From: Alphaproteobacteria bacterium
GTDB lineage: Bacteria; Pseudomonadota; Alphaproteobacteria; UBA9219
NCBI GenBank assembly: GCA_031291435.1
Contig: JARLJC010000108.1
Location: forward strand, 6,852-70,851
Length of the DNA: 64,000 nucleotides
Direction: 5' to 3'
Part shown: in pieces, positions 9,015 through 18,501 of the stretch
How the letters are laid out: the number at the start of each line of letters is the position of its first letter
How positions within the stretch are numbered: the stretch's first letter is position 1
Notes under the pieces: model-generated
The model's database searches: none
Told to the model about the DNA's origin: nothing
Seen by the model: only the letters and a program-made list of their open reading frames with translations
Position numbers and translations under genes: made by a program

Positions 9015-9938
9015 ATGCCGGATCTCAGCGTCATCATCGCCACGCGCAACCGGGCCGCGTTTCTTGAACGCTGCCTGGTCAGCCTGTGCGAACAGACGCT
9101 GGATCCGGCGCATTACGAAATCTGCGTCGTCCATAATGCAGGCAGCGACGATACGCCTGCTGTGGTGGCGCGGATCGCCGGTTGTTACCCCGAACGCCGG
9201 TTGTTTCTGGTCGATGAGCCGGTGGCCGGATTATCGCGCGCGCGCAATCGCGGCCTTGCCGCAACTACCGGCGAATATGTCGCCTATACCGACGATGATG
9301 CGACCGTACCCGCCGACTGGCTGGTGCGGATAGCGGCGCGCTTTGCCGAAGGCGGCGCGGATTGCGCCATTGTCGGCGGCGAGATCGACCCCGTGTGGGG
9401 CGCGCCAAAGCCCGATTGGCTGACGCCAGCGATGCAGAAATATCTGACGGCGGGCACGGGGCTGGGCGATGTTGCGCGCTATCTGAGCGGCGACGAATGC
9501 GTATGCGAATGCAACGCCGTCTATCGCCGCGCGGCGTTGCAGAAAGCGGGCGGATTCCCTGAACAGCTTGGGCGCATCGGCGATCTGCTTCTGTCGGGCG
9601 AAAATGTCGTCGAGTCTGTCATTCGCCAGCAAGGCGGTCGCGCCTTTTTCGATCCCGCTATTCGCGTGCGCCATCATATTCATGCCGACCGGCTGACTCC
9701 GCTCTGGTTCCGGCAGCGTTTTTTCTGGCAGGGCATTACCGGCTATGCGGTGCGGCAATATCAGGCGCGGCACGGCGTGCCGGTGACGCAGGAGGCCTTT
9801 CTCAACCTGCCTTTGAAGAAGGAAGACTGGGGATTTATCAACAAGGACACCTCTGAGAATCTTGAAGACAGTCTGTTTCTGTTTCAGTCATTGGGCTTCG
9901 CGCTGGCATTGACCGGCCTGATGCCGGTGGAGGGATAA
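9015..9938 (+). CDS. Family 2 glycosyltransferase
   Basis: 307 aa with the GT2 N-terminus LSVIIATRNRAAFLERCLVSLCEQT and a DDD motif (YTDDDA). It is a paralog of 10784-11698. Confidence 0.85.
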   Translation: MPDLSVIIATRNRAAFLERCLVSLCEQTLDPAHYEICVVHNAGSDDTPAVVARIAGCYPERRLFLVDEPVAGLSRARNRGLAATTGEYVAYTDDDATVPADWLVRIAARFAEGGADCAIVGGEIDPVWGAPKPDWLTPAMQKYLTAGTGLGDVARYLSGDECVCECNAVYRRAALQKAGGFPEQLGRIGDLLLSGENVVESVIRQQGGRAFFDPAIRVRHHIHADRLTPLWFRQRFFWQGITGYAVRQYQARHGVPVTQEAFLNLPLKKEDWGFINKDTSENLEDSLFLFQSLGFALALTGLMPVEG

Positions 9939-10783
9939 TGGGCAAAAACCTCCTCATCGGCGCGTGCAGCGATTATGACTGGCCCACTCTGGCCCCGTGG
10001 GTGAAATCGGCGAACGCATGCGGATTTCAGGGCGACAAAATTATGATCGCGTTCCGCGCCAGTTACGACACCGTGCTGAAATTATTCGATCACGGCTTTC
10101 AGGTCGTGATGTTCAACCGCGACGAGGAGAAAAAAGTCGTCTGGTATGAATCCCCCAACCGCGTTTATATCGAGCGATTTTTGCAGATATATAATTTCCT
10201 GCGCGACAAGGCATCCTCTTACGATTATGTGATCGCCGCCGATACGCGCGACGTGATTTTCCAGACCGATCCCGCGGCATGGCTGCGCGACAATCTCGGT
10301 GACAAAAAGCTGGTAGTGGCGGGCGAAGGCATTCGTTATCGCGATGAACAATGGAACCGCGATAATCTGGTCGAGACTTACGGCCCGCAGATTTACGATC
10401 TTTACAAGGATAACGAGATTTACAATGTCGGCACCATCGGCGGGCGGGGTGAGGCGATGCGCGATCTGGTGCTCGATCTGTTCACCGGCGGCGTCAACCG
10501 CGTCGCGCCGATTGTCGATCAGGCGGTTTTGAACGTGCTGATTCAATCCGGGCCTTATAAGGATAAAGTGAAATTCACCGGGGCGGGCGATGCTTTCGCC
10601 TGTCAGGCCGCCGTCGGCGCCGACCCCAAAAACGTGCATCTGCGGCCTTTTCTCACCGGCCCGGCGCCTGTGTTCGAAGACGGCGTGGTGAAAAACGCCG
10701 CCGGAAAGGTTTTCAGCATGGTACATCAATATGATCGCGTGCCGGCATGGAAAGAATCCATCCTTCAAAAATACGCGGCGTAA
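9938..10783 (+). CDS. Hypothetical protein (possible nucleotide-sugar transferase fold), compositionally distinct
   Basis: 281 aa. Its ATG overlaps the upstream TAA by 1 nt, and the next gene starts directly after its stop. It has a DxD-like AADTRD. Parts of the gene are much lower in G+C than both flanks. Confidence 0.6.
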   Translation: MGKNLLIGACSDYDWPTLAPWVKSANACGFQGDKIMIAFRASYDTVLKLFDHGFQVVMFNRDEEKKVVWYESPNRVYIERFLQIYNFLRDKASSYDYVIAADTRDVIFQTDPAAWLRDNLGDKKLVVAGEGIRYRDEQWNRDNLVETYGPQIYDLYKDNEIYNVGTIGGRGEAMRDLVLDLFTGGVNRVAPIVDQAVLNVLIQSGPYKDKVKFTGAGDAFACQAAVGADPKNVHLRPFLTGPAPVFEDGVVKNAAGKVFSMVHQYDRVPAWKESILQKYAA

Positions 10784-11698
10784 ATGGAAATCGGCGTCGT
10801 CATCCCTACCCGCAACCGCGCCGCCTTTCTCGGCAAGGCGCTGATGAGCTTGTGCGAACAGACGCTCGCCCCCTCGCGTTACGAAATATGTGTGGTCAAT
10901 AACGGTTCGACCGACGCCACCCCGGAAGTTGTCGCGCTCATCAACGCGCATTATCCGAAGCACCGCGTCTTTATGGTCGATGAAGCGCAGACAGGCGTCG
11001 CCTATGCCCGCAATACCGGCATGCGCGCGACGACTGCGCCCCTTATCGTGCAGGGCGACGACGATGCGACCGCATCGCCCGACTGGCTGGAGAAATTCAT
11101 TGCTGCATTCGCCGCGCAGGGCGGCGATGTCGGTAAAATCGGCGGCGACGTCATTCCGGTGTGGGGGGCACCACGCCCGGATTGGCTCACCGATCCCATG
11201 CTGCCCTTGTTGACGGCGGCCAGCGGGTTCGGCGACCAGCCGCGTTATATGAATGAAGGGCTACTGGAATGCAACGGCTGCTATCGCCGCGAGGCTCTGG
11301 AACAGGCCGGGTTATTCCCCACCACGCTGGGCCGCAAGGGGGCCAATTTATTGTCGGCGGAACATGCCGTCGATCTCGTCATGCATATGCAGGGCTGGAA
11401 ACTTTATTACGATCCTGCGATTGTCATTCATCACCACATTCACGCCGAAAGGCTGAAACCGGTCTGGATGCGGCGGCGTTATTTCTGGCAGGGCATTTCC
11501 GATTACGCCGTGCGCGCTTATCTGAAAAGCAAAGGCTATGAATCGTCGCACGGCGTGGCGGTCGAAATGCCGCTCGACCGTTCTTTCTGGACTTTCATCA
11601 ATAACGCCGACGAAGCGCCGACCGAAGACGGGCTCAACCGCCTGCGCGGCCTCGGCCTCGTGCTGGCGCGCACAGGGTTCATTCCCACCGGCGCTTAA
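10784..11698 (+). CDS. Family 2 glycosyltransferase (paralog of 9015-9938)
   Basis: 304 aa, collinear with the first GT2 over the whole length (VVIPTRNRAAFLGKALMSLCEQT ... HHHIHAERLKPVWMRRRYFWQGISDYAVR). Confidence 0.85.
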   Translation: MEIGVVIPTRNRAAFLGKALMSLCEQTLAPSRYEICVVNNGSTDATPEVVALINAHYPKHRVFMVDEAQTGVAYARNTGMRATTAPLIVQGDDDATASPDWLEKFIAAFAAQGGDVGKIGGDVIPVWGAPRPDWLTDPMLPLLTAASGFGDQPRYMNEGLLECNGCYRREALEQAGLFPTTLGRKGANLLSAEHAVDLVMHMQGWKLYYDPAIVIHHHIHAERLKPVWMRRRYFWQGISDYAVRAYLKSKGYESSHGVAVEMPLDRSFWTFINNADEAPTEDGLNRLRGLGLVLARTGFIPTGA

Positions 11699-11859
11699 TG
11701 CGCGGGCGGGTCGCTGGCCGGGAAACTTTCCTTCAGCGCTTCGTCGATATCGGCCTCGGTTTTGTGCGCCTGCATGTCCTGATCGGCGCGTACTTGTTCG
11801 TCCTGATGCGAAGGCTTGGCAAAATAATGCGCATAGAGACGTTTGATGAAATCCGGCAT
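11695..11859 (-). CDS. Small conserved hypothetical protein (ESFPASDPP C-terminal motif)
   Basis: I prefer the ATG at 11859, preceded by AGGAGG. The product is 54 aa: MPDFIKRLYAHYFAKPSHQDEQ...ALKESFPASDPPAH. Confidence 0.6.
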   Translation of the reverse strand: MPDFIKRLYAHYFAKPSHQDEQVRADQDMQAHKTEADIDEALKESFPASDPPAH

Positions 11860-12019
11860 GACGTCCTCCTTTTGCGTCGAGTGTGAACCCGTCCGCATAA
11901 AAGAGGCGTCGGGAATCCGCGCATTCTTTTATGCGCGGCTTATTTTTCCATCTGTTTTTCGATATCGCCCTTGTTCCCGAAATGTCGCTTAAATCGTTTC
12001 TCCAACAAGGGAGATATAT

Positions 12020-12097
12020 ATGCGCGGCATTTTGCTCTGGCTTCTCGGGCTTCCGATTCCGATCATCATCTTGCTGTATCTGTTCCACGTCATCTGA
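12020..12097 (+). CDS. 25-aa hydrophobic peptide (below the ORF-track cutoff)
   Basis: AAGGGAGA sits 6 nt upstream of the ATG. The product is MRGILLWLLGLPIPIIILLYLFHVI*, a single TM helix. Confidence 0.45.
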   Translation: MRGILLWLLGLPIPIIILLYLFHVI

Positions 12098-12163
12098 ATT
12101 TAAGGATGCGCCCTGCGCTCTTTTATGGCATGATCGGCGTCCCTCCGACGGAGCCATCGTCCG

Positions 12164-13237
12164 ATGAGCGACAAACAACTTAATCTGGCCCTGCAGGGCG
12201 GCGGTTCGCACGGCGCCTATACCTGGGGCGTGCTCGACCGGTTGTTCGACGAAGAAGATATCGTCCTGACCGGCATCAGCGGCACCAGCGCCGGGGCCAT
12301 GAACGCCGCCGTCGCCTCCAGCGGATTCCGCGCCGGGCGGCATAGGGGCGCCAAGGCGGCGTTGGCGGAGTTCTGGGGCGCGGTCAGCGCGGCGGGGGCC
12401 TTCAGCCCGCTTAAAACCACGCCGTTCGAGCATTGGCGCGACGGCTGGAATCTCGACGGGTCGATGAGTTACGAATTATTCGATCTCGCCACCCGCATGT
12501 TCTCGCCCTATCAGCTCAATCCGTTCAATCTCAACCCCTTGCGCGAAATTCTGGCGCGCGTCATCGACTGGAAACTGATCAATGACGGCGGCGATATCCC
12601 GCTTTTCATTACCGCCACGTCGGTGCGCACCGGGCGGCCGCGGGTTTTTACCTGCGGCGAGATCACGCCTGACGTGCTGCTGGCTTCTTCCTGTATCCCC
12701 ATGTATTTCCAGACCGTCGAAGTCGGCGGCGAGGCTTACTGGGACGGCGGCTATATGGGCAACCCCAGCATATGGCCGTTGATTTACAATACCGATCCCC
12801 GCGACGTTCTTCTGGTGCAGATCAATCCCCTGGTGCGCGACGAAGTGCCGAAGAAGGCCAGCGACATCGTCAACCGCCTCAACGAAATCACCTTCAATTC
12901 CAGCCTTATCGCCGAAATGCGCGCGATCAATTTCGCGGCCAAACTGCTCGATGAAAATCACCTCGACGACAAGAAATACAAACGCATTTTGATGCATATG
13001 ATCCCGGCACCCGGCGCCGCCTATAATCTCAACGCGTCGAGCAAGCTCAATACCGATATGCGTTTTCTGGAATCGCTGCGCGATATCGGGCGCGGCAATG
13101 CCGATATCTGGATCAAGGAAAACAAAGAGAGTATCGGCGCCAAAGCGACTGTCGATATCGAAGCGGTTTTCCTCGGCACCGGAAAAGCCGCCACGCCGCC
13201 GAAACGCGCCGTCAAGAAGGCTTCACGCCCCCGCTGA
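12164..13237 (+). CDS. Patatin-like phospholipase
   Basis: 357 aa with the oxyanion motif GGGSHG, the nucleophile elbow GTSAGA and a DGG motif (YWDGGY). Confidence 0.88.
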   Translation: MSDKQLNLALQGGGSHGAYTWGVLDRLFDEEDIVLTGISGTSAGAMNAAVASSGFRAGRHRGAKAALAEFWGAVSAAGAFSPLKTTPFEHWRDGWNLDGSMSYELFDLATRMFSPYQLNPFNLNPLREILARVIDWKLINDGGDIPLFITATSVRTGRPRVFTCGEITPDVLLASSCIPMYFQTVEVGGEAYWDGGYMGNPSIWPLIYNTDPRDVLLVQINPLVRDEVPKKASDIVNRLNEITFNSSLIAEMRAINFAAKLLDENHLDDKKYKRILMHMIPAPGAAYNLNASSKLNTDMRFLESLRDIGRGNADIWIKENKESIGAKATVDIEAVFLGTGKAATPPKRAVKKASRPR

Positions 13238-14110
13238 ATGTTCCGTCATCTGGCGTTGCCGCATGCGGTAACGGGTTTTGTCGGCGTCGTTTGTGGCTGC
13301 AAAACAATGGGCGCAGGACACGCCTTCTTCGTAATGCGGGTGGGCTTTGTCGCTGTCGGCGAGCGGCGCGCCGCAGGTGAAACACATGCCATAGGAACCG
13401 GGGACGAGGCCGTGGCCGACGGCCATGCGCCGGTCGAACACATAGCATTCGCCCTGCCAGCGGCTTTGTTCGGGCGCGACGGTTTCGAGATATTTCAGGA
13501 TGCCGCCCCTGAGGTGATAGACCTCGTCGAACCCTTCGGCGCGCATGAAAGCCGAAGCTTTTTCGCAGCGTATGCCGCCGGTGCAGAACATGGCGATTTT
13601 TTTGTGCCGCGCGGGGTCGAGGTTGGCGCGCACATAATCGGCGAACTGGGTGAAAGTTTCGATCGGCGGAATGGCCGCGCCTTCGAAGCTGCCGATGCCG
13701 GTTTCGTAGCTGTTGCGGGTATCGAGCAGGGTGATTTCCGGATCGTCGAGAAGATTATTCCAGTCACTAGCCTCGACATAAGTTCCGGCCAGCTTCGCAG
13801 GATCGGCAACCGGTTGTTTAAAGGTGATGATCTCGCGCTTGAGACGGATTTTCAGCCGGTTGAAAGGTTTCGCTTCGGCGGCGGAGAATTTCACATCCTC
13901 GCGCGGCAGGCCGGTGCGTTGATGAAGGATGCCGAGCATCGCCTCGATGCTGTCGGCGCTGCCCGCCAGCGTGCCGTTGATGCCTTCCGGCGCGATCAGC
14001 AAAGTGCCGCATAAATCGAGAGGTGCGAAAGCCTGCAGAAATTCCTGCCGCAAAGCGGGCGGATTTTCCAGCGCGACAAAACGATAAAAAGCGGCGATGC
14101 TATAGCTCAT
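13223..14110 (-). CDS. trhO: Rhodanese-domain protein TrhO/YceA (tRNA U34 hydroxylase family, UPF0176)
   Basis: 295 aa. N-terminus AAFYRFVALENP. Rhodanese loop FCTGGIRCEKA. C-terminal Cys cluster CFTCG...CAHC. Confidence 0.85.
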   Translation of the reverse strand: MSYSIAAFYRFVALENPPALRQEFLQAFAPLDLCGTLLIAPEGINGTLAGSADSIEAMLGILHQRTGLPREDVKFSAAEAKPFNRLKIRLKREIITFKQPVADPAKLAGTYVEASDWNNLLDDPEITLLDTRNSYETGIGSFEGAAIPPIETFTQFADYVRANLDPARHKKIAMFCTGGIRCEKASAFMRAEGFDEVYHLRGGILKYLETVAPEQSRWQGECYVFDRRMAVGHGLVPGSYGMCFTCGAPLADSDKAHPHYEEGVSCAHCFAATNDADKTRYRMRQRQMTEHSAGA

Positions 14111-14166
14111 AATGGCTTTATCGCGTAAAAAAGCCGCGAAGGCAAAGCCAAGTTTGAGGGGCGGGC

Positions 14167-14469
14167 GTGGTTAAAAAAACCGGCAAAATCTGGTTCGTCT
14201 ATGTGCTGGAATGTCGCAACAAGCGGCTTTATACCGGCATTACCACCGATCTCGAGGCGCGTTTGCAGAAACATAAAACCGGCAAGGGGGCGATGTTCAC
14301 GCGCCTCAACCCGCCCTCGCATTTCATCGGCGCGGCTGTGTGCGCCGACCGTTCGGCGGCCAGCAGGCAGGAAGCCGCTATTAAAAAACTCAGCGCCGCC
14401 GAAAAACGCGCGCTGGCGGCAACATGGCCCGCGCGGGTTCAGGCCGCGCCGGGCAGCACCACCGTCTGA
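14167..14469 (+). CDS. GIY-YIG domain protein (small, stand-alone)
   Basis: 100 aa with a GTG start. WFVYVLECRNKRLYTGITTDLEARLQKHKTG matches the GIY-YIG core. Confidence 0.8.
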   Translation: MVKKTGKIWFVYVLECRNKRLYTGITTDLEARLQKHKTGKGAMFTRLNPPSHFIGAAVCADRSAASRQEAAIKKLSAAEKRALAATWPARVQAAPGSTTV

Positions 14470-15134
14470 CTCCAATATTGCAAAGTTCTTTTGATGTCTT
14501 CGTAGAATTCGTTGAGATTGGAATTCTTCTGAATGAAACCATTGGCGCCCTGGGCGTAAGATTCCAGCATATCCTTGCGGCGCACGCTGTTGGTCAGCAT
14601 GATGACGCTGAGGGGGCGCGTTTTGGGGTTGTCCTTAAGCTGCCGCAGCAAGGCCAGCCCATTGAGGCGCGGCATGTTGATATCCAGCACCACGAGATCG
14701 GGCGGTTCCGCGCCGCGCCTTGCCTTGATGAAATCGAGGGCTTTTTCCGAATCCTGCACCACATAGATATCGGCGGGCACGTTGCTGTTGGCGACCGCCT
14801 TGCGGAACAGAAGCTCGTCATCAGGACTGTCTTCGATCAAAAGGACGTTAAGCGTGCGGCCCGTTTTGCGGGCGATAACTTCGCGGCCCGTCTCCTCCCG
14901 GGGCGGCAGCGGCGCATCCTGATAAAAGTAATCGAGCCGGGCGTTAAGAATGCCCGCGATCTCCATCAGGCGCGGCATGGCGACGGTATTTTCGCCGCTT
15001 TCGTATCGCTGCACCTGTTGGTAGGATAGGCCGAGGATGTCGGAAAGCTCGGCCTGCGTCATGCCCAGCTGTTTGCGGCGGTCCTTGATTTTCTGTCCGA
15101 CATACTTGTCGAAACGTTTGTCGTCTTTATCCAT
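14439..15134 (-). CDS. Response regulator with reversed architecture: N-terminal HTH_XRE, C-terminal receiver
   Basis: 231 aa. The XRE HTH is KIKDRRKQLGMTQAELSDILGLSYQQVQRYESG. REC residues seen: EDSPDD, the phospho-Asp context LVVLDINMP, and T and K. Confidence 0.85.
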   Translation of the reverse strand: MDKDDKRFDKYVGQKIKDRRKQLGMTQAELSDILGLSYQQVQRYESGENTVAMPRLMEIAGILNARLDYFYQDAPLPPREETGREVIARKTGRTLNVLLIEDSPDDELLFRKAVANSNVPADIYVVQDSEKALDFIKARRGAEPPDLVVLDINMPRLNGLALLRQLKDNPKTRPLSVIMLTNSVRRKDMLESYAQGANGFIQKNSNLNEFYEDIKRTLQYWSQTVVLPGAA

Positions 15135-15146
15135 CTTCGTGCCCGC

Positions 15147-16688
15147 TTGTATGTGATGCCCAGCTCCGCCCGTCTTTCGCAGATATCCGCCGCGCCGCGC
15201 CGCAGCTGGCTCGCGATCGCGGCGCTGCTTTTCATCAGCTTCGTTTACGTGCTGGCGGCGTTGACTTTGCTACGCTCCCAGCATGCCGAAATTGTCTTTA
15301 CCGAGCAAGAGCGGCGTGGTCTCGAAGATTACCGCCGCCTGCTCCCGCTTTACCTCGATTTGCAGCGCAGCGGGAATGTGCAGGACGTCGTGCAAGGTCT
15401 TGCCCCGACGCCGCCCGCGCCCGACGCCGAAATATGGCAAGCGGCGCGGCAGGCTTTGACGGATGCCGATCCTCTCCCCGATGCCGCCGCCGCCACGCTG
15501 ATTCTCAGGCGGCTGATCCGCGATATCGGCGACCGCTCCAATCTCATTCTCGACCCGGGAATGGCGAGTTACTACGCCGTCAGCCTTTTGTTCAACGATG
15601 TCCCGTTGCTGGCGGCGGGTACATTCACCCGCGCCGACAGGGACGGTTTCGATCATGCCGTTGCCATTCTGTCGTCGCGGCAGATGCCCGAGGCCGCCGC
15701 CTTGCGCGCCGAGGCGGCCGCCAGCCCGCCCGATGAAACCGGGCATCGGGATAGTCTCGCCCATGCCGAAAATGTGGCCGCTGCCGCCGAACAAATCCTC
15801 GACCGTCTGCTGTCGGCGCGGCTGGCGCGGCAGCAGCAGCGCTACAGCGATATGGTTTCCATCATCGCCGGCCTTTATTTCTGCCTGCTGGCGCTGATCG
15901 CGGTCGCCGCCCGCAATTATGTCAGCCGCCGCGAAGTGGCGCTGGCCGCCGACCGGCAGGCTTTGATCCGCGATCTGGCATCCAAGAATGATGAGCTGGA
16001 AAAATTCGTCTATGCCGCCGCCCACGATCTGAAAGAGCCGGTGCGCACCATGCATTGCTTCGCCACTTTGCTGAAAAACGAAGCCGGTCCGCAGCTCGAC
16101 GCCGCCGCTGCCGGCTATGTCGAAACCATCGAACATACCGCCGGGCGCGCCGAGCAGATGATCAATGATCTCCTCGGCTATACGCAGGTGAGCGAAGAAG
16201 TTCTGGCGCTCGAAGCCTGCGACTGCGGGCGCGAGGTGGCGGCCGTCCTCGCCGATCTCAAACCTCTGGTGGCGGCGGCGCAAACCCGCGTCCGGGTCGA
16301 AAATATGCCCACCCTGCGCACCGTCCCTTCGATGTTCCGGCGCGTCATGCTCAACCTTATCGATAATGCCGTGAAGTACCGCAAGCCGGGACGGCCTCTT
16401 GACATCCGTATTGCGGCGGCGCGGGGCGAAGAAGGCTGGCTGTTCTCGGTCGAAGATAACGGCATCGGCATCGCCAGGGGTTATTCGGAAACCGTGTTCG
16501 AACCCTTCAAGCGATTGCATGCCGGGGCAGGCCCGGCGGGCAACGGCATCGGGCTGACCTCCTGCAAGAAAATCGTCGAAAGACTGGGCGGAAAAATAAG
16601 CATTCTTTCCGAACCGGGGCAGGGAACCACGGTTTCTTTTACCCTGCCCGATGAGGCCGCGCCGCCTGCCTTTCAGGCGCTTTCCTAA
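15147..16688 (+). CDS. Membrane sensor histidine kinase with a periplasmic sensing domain
   Basis: 513 aa from a TTG; the first ATG is at 15156. Two TM helices flank about 200 aa. H-box AAAHDLKEPVRT, N-box NLIDNAVKY, G-boxes DNGIGI and GNGIGL. Confidence 0.85.
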   Translation: MYVMPSSARLSQISAAPRRSWLAIAALLFISFVYVLAALTLLRSQHAEIVFTEQERRGLEDYRRLLPLYLDLQRSGNVQDVVQGLAPTPPAPDAEIWQAARQALTDADPLPDAAAATLILRRLIRDIGDRSNLILDPGMASYYAVSLLFNDVPLLAAGTFTRADRDGFDHAVAILSSRQMPEAAALRAEAAASPPDETGHRDSLAHAENVAAAAEQILDRLLSARLARQQQRYSDMVSIIAGLYFCLLALIAVAARNYVSRREVALAADRQALIRDLASKNDELEKFVYAAAHDLKEPVRTMHCFATLLKNEAGPQLDAAAAGYVETIEHTAGRAEQMINDLLGYTQVSEEVLALEACDCGREVAAVLADLKPLVAAAQTRVRVENMPTLRTVPSMFRRVMLNLIDNAVKYRKPGRPLDIRIAAARGEEGWLFSVEDNGIGIARGYSETVFEPFKRLHAGAGPAGNGIGLTSCKKIVERLGGKISILSEPGQGTTVSFTLPDEAAPPAFQALS

Positions 16689-16920
16689 ATCTCGTCTGAC
16701 GGGCATTTGGGCGCAAAATACACGTCTCAGGCTCTTCGAATGACCGCCGCATGCGATACAATTGTGGCGCGAACGCTGCTTGATTCGCCCGGAATTCAGA
16801 GCTCTCTTGGTGGAGGGGGAAGGGGCTGGGGTCAAACCCAGCCTCCTTACCAAGATAAACTAGCCGCGCGGCCACAGGCCCGGCATCCCCTTTAAACTCA
16901 ATATCGGTGCGCGTGGCTGC

Positions 16921-18051
16921 TCAGCCGGTTTTTTGCTGGCGCGGCAGGGCCGCCCTTTCTTCCGCCACCAGACCGACAATCTGTTCGACCTCTTCCTCGC
17001 GCATGAAGCCGTGGAAGGGCAGGCCGATGATGGCGTTGTTAAGTGCTTCGGCATGGGGCAGGGCGTCGGCTTTTTCGACGTTTGCAAAATGCGGATGATG
17101 CGGCAAAGGCGGCCAGTAACTGCGATGCGCCGGAATGCCCTGTGCGTCGAGCGCGTCGATCAGATGCTGCGCTTCGGGACGGTCGAGTTTCAGCATCAGG
17201 CTGCTGGTCACCGCGCGGGTGACGTCTTTCTGCAGCCCCGAGGCGAGCCCATGATCTTCCAGCGCCGCGATATAAAAATCGAGCACGCGGCGACGGCGCT
17301 GCTTGATGCCTTGCCAGCGCGCGAATTGGGCCAGCGCCACCGCACCGTGATATTCGCTCAGCTTGGCGTTGGTGCCGCAATCCATGGCGATGCGGTTCTG
17401 CGTGCTGAAATTACTCATCTGCCGCGCGGCGAGAATGAAAGCGGGGTCGCGCGCCGCCAGAATGCCCCCCTCGCCGATACCGAAAGGCTTGGTGGCATGC
17501 ATGCTGTAGGCGACGATGCAGCGTTCCGGCACCGGCTGGGCTTCCAATGCGGCGGCGGCGTCGATGAGAACCGGAATGCCGGTTTCGCGGCTGAATGTAT
17601 CCCATCCCTCGACCGGCACGCCGTAAACCGCGACCGGCATTACCGCGTCGATCTTGCGCCTGGATGCGATGGCGCGCGCGATGGCGGGAGTCAGCGTCCA
17701 GCTGACCGGATCGATATCGGCGAACAAGGGCGTCGCCCCCGCTTCTTCGATGGCAAAGGCGCTCGACGGAAAAGTGACGCAGGGCACCAGCACGGTGGCG
17801 CCCGGACGGAGGCGCAGAAGCCTCATGCCAATCACCAGCGCCTGATGGCACGACGCAAGCGTGGTCAGGGCGATCGGCCCCGCCTGCGGGAAAGGGTCTT
17901 TGACGCTGAGATAGGCCTGCAATTTTTCTTCGAATTCGCAGACCAGCGGGCCGAAATTGGTATACCAGCGCGCCGTGTCGATGCGCCGCAGATAGGGCAG
18001 AAGCTCATCCGCCGAGGGCAAATCCGGTATCATGAAACGCGGCATCGTCAT
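16921..18051 (-). CDS. DegT/DnrJ/EryC1/StrS-family PLP-dependent aminotransferase
   Basis: 376 aa. The N-terminus PDLPSADELLPYLRRIDTARWYTNFGPLVCEFEEKL and overall similarity fit the sugar aminotransferase fold. Confidence 0.8.
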   Translation of the reverse strand: MTMPRFMIPDLPSADELLPYLRRIDTARWYTNFGPLVCEFEEKLQAYLSVKDPFPQAGPIALTTLASCHQALVIGMRLLRLRPGATVLVPCVTFPSSAFAIEEAGATPLFADIDPVSWTLTPAIARAIASRRKIDAVMPVAVYGVPVEGWDTFSRETGIPVLIDAAAALEAQPVPERCIVAYSMHATKPFGIGEGGILAARDPAFILAARQMSNFSTQNRIAMDCGTNAKLSEYHGAVALAQFARWQGIKQRRRRVLDFYIAALEDHGLASGLQKDVTRAVTSSLMLKLDRPEAQHLIDALDAQGIPAHRSYWPPLPHHPHFANVEKADALPHAEALNNAIIGLPFHGFMREEEVEQIVGLVAEERAALPRQQKTG

Positions 18052-18501
18052 GGGGGAAGGCTTTCGGACAAAGGCAAAGGGGTACCGGCAATTCGTTTGT
18101 GCGCCCCCTTTATGCGGCAGGCGGCGCGGTTATTGATAGGAGCGCGGGCACATCCTCCACAGGGAAGGGAACCGCGCCATTTCTTATGACAGATTTACAT
18201 ATCGACGGCTATGCGGCCATTTAGGCGTAATTTCTTAGTCCGATCAAGGGCTAACTTGCCGGCGTCGGGGGTTTCCGAAATTCCCGCCCATTGGCGCGCC
18301 TGGCTCAGGCGAATCGCCCCGTGCGCTCCCTAAAATTTGCGAGGATAAGCCCTGCGGAATTTTGAATATCGCGATGCTGAACTTGACCAGGCTTTGATGC
18401 GATACATGTGTATTCAAAAAAGCGGTTTTTGATGACGCGCCGGATTTTACATCTATATTTAGTTATCGATTTTTCGCGTCAAAATCCCGCAGGTTCTCCC
18501 C

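Noticed and set aside
11894-11935. 11-bp inverted repeat cgcataaaaga / tcttttatgcg followed by a T-run, considered as a terminator
   Set aside because: It lies between two divergent gene starts, where a terminator has no obvious target. The stem is AT-rich and weak. It may be an operator, but I cannot support a call.
12164-14469. Patatin-like lipase plus GIY-YIG nuclease considered as a CBASS-like or other anti-phage defence module
   Set aside because: There is no cyclase/nucleotidyltransferase, sensor, ATPase or other defence partner. The two genes are separated by the housekeeping trhO on the opposite strand. The GIY-YIG protein is only a 100-aa stand-alone domain, and composition is the same as the flanks.
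16689-16920. 230-nt gap after the kinase gene, checked for a tRNA, an sRNA or a terminator (GC hairpin ggctggg-N6-cccagcc near 16825)
   Set aside because: No cloverleaf can be drawn. The hairpin has no T-tract and sits about 100-140 nt from either stop. The small ORFs there (16707-16895, 16639-16875) have implausible composition.
15270-18189. ORFs 15270-16853 (minus) and 16933-18189 (plus) opposite the kinase and DegT genes; similarly 21263-22561, 24036-24893, 18463-19206 and 1870-3018
   Set aside because: These are antisense shadow ORFs. The opposing frames carry complete H/N/G boxes, aminotransferase, GGDEF or MFS motifs.
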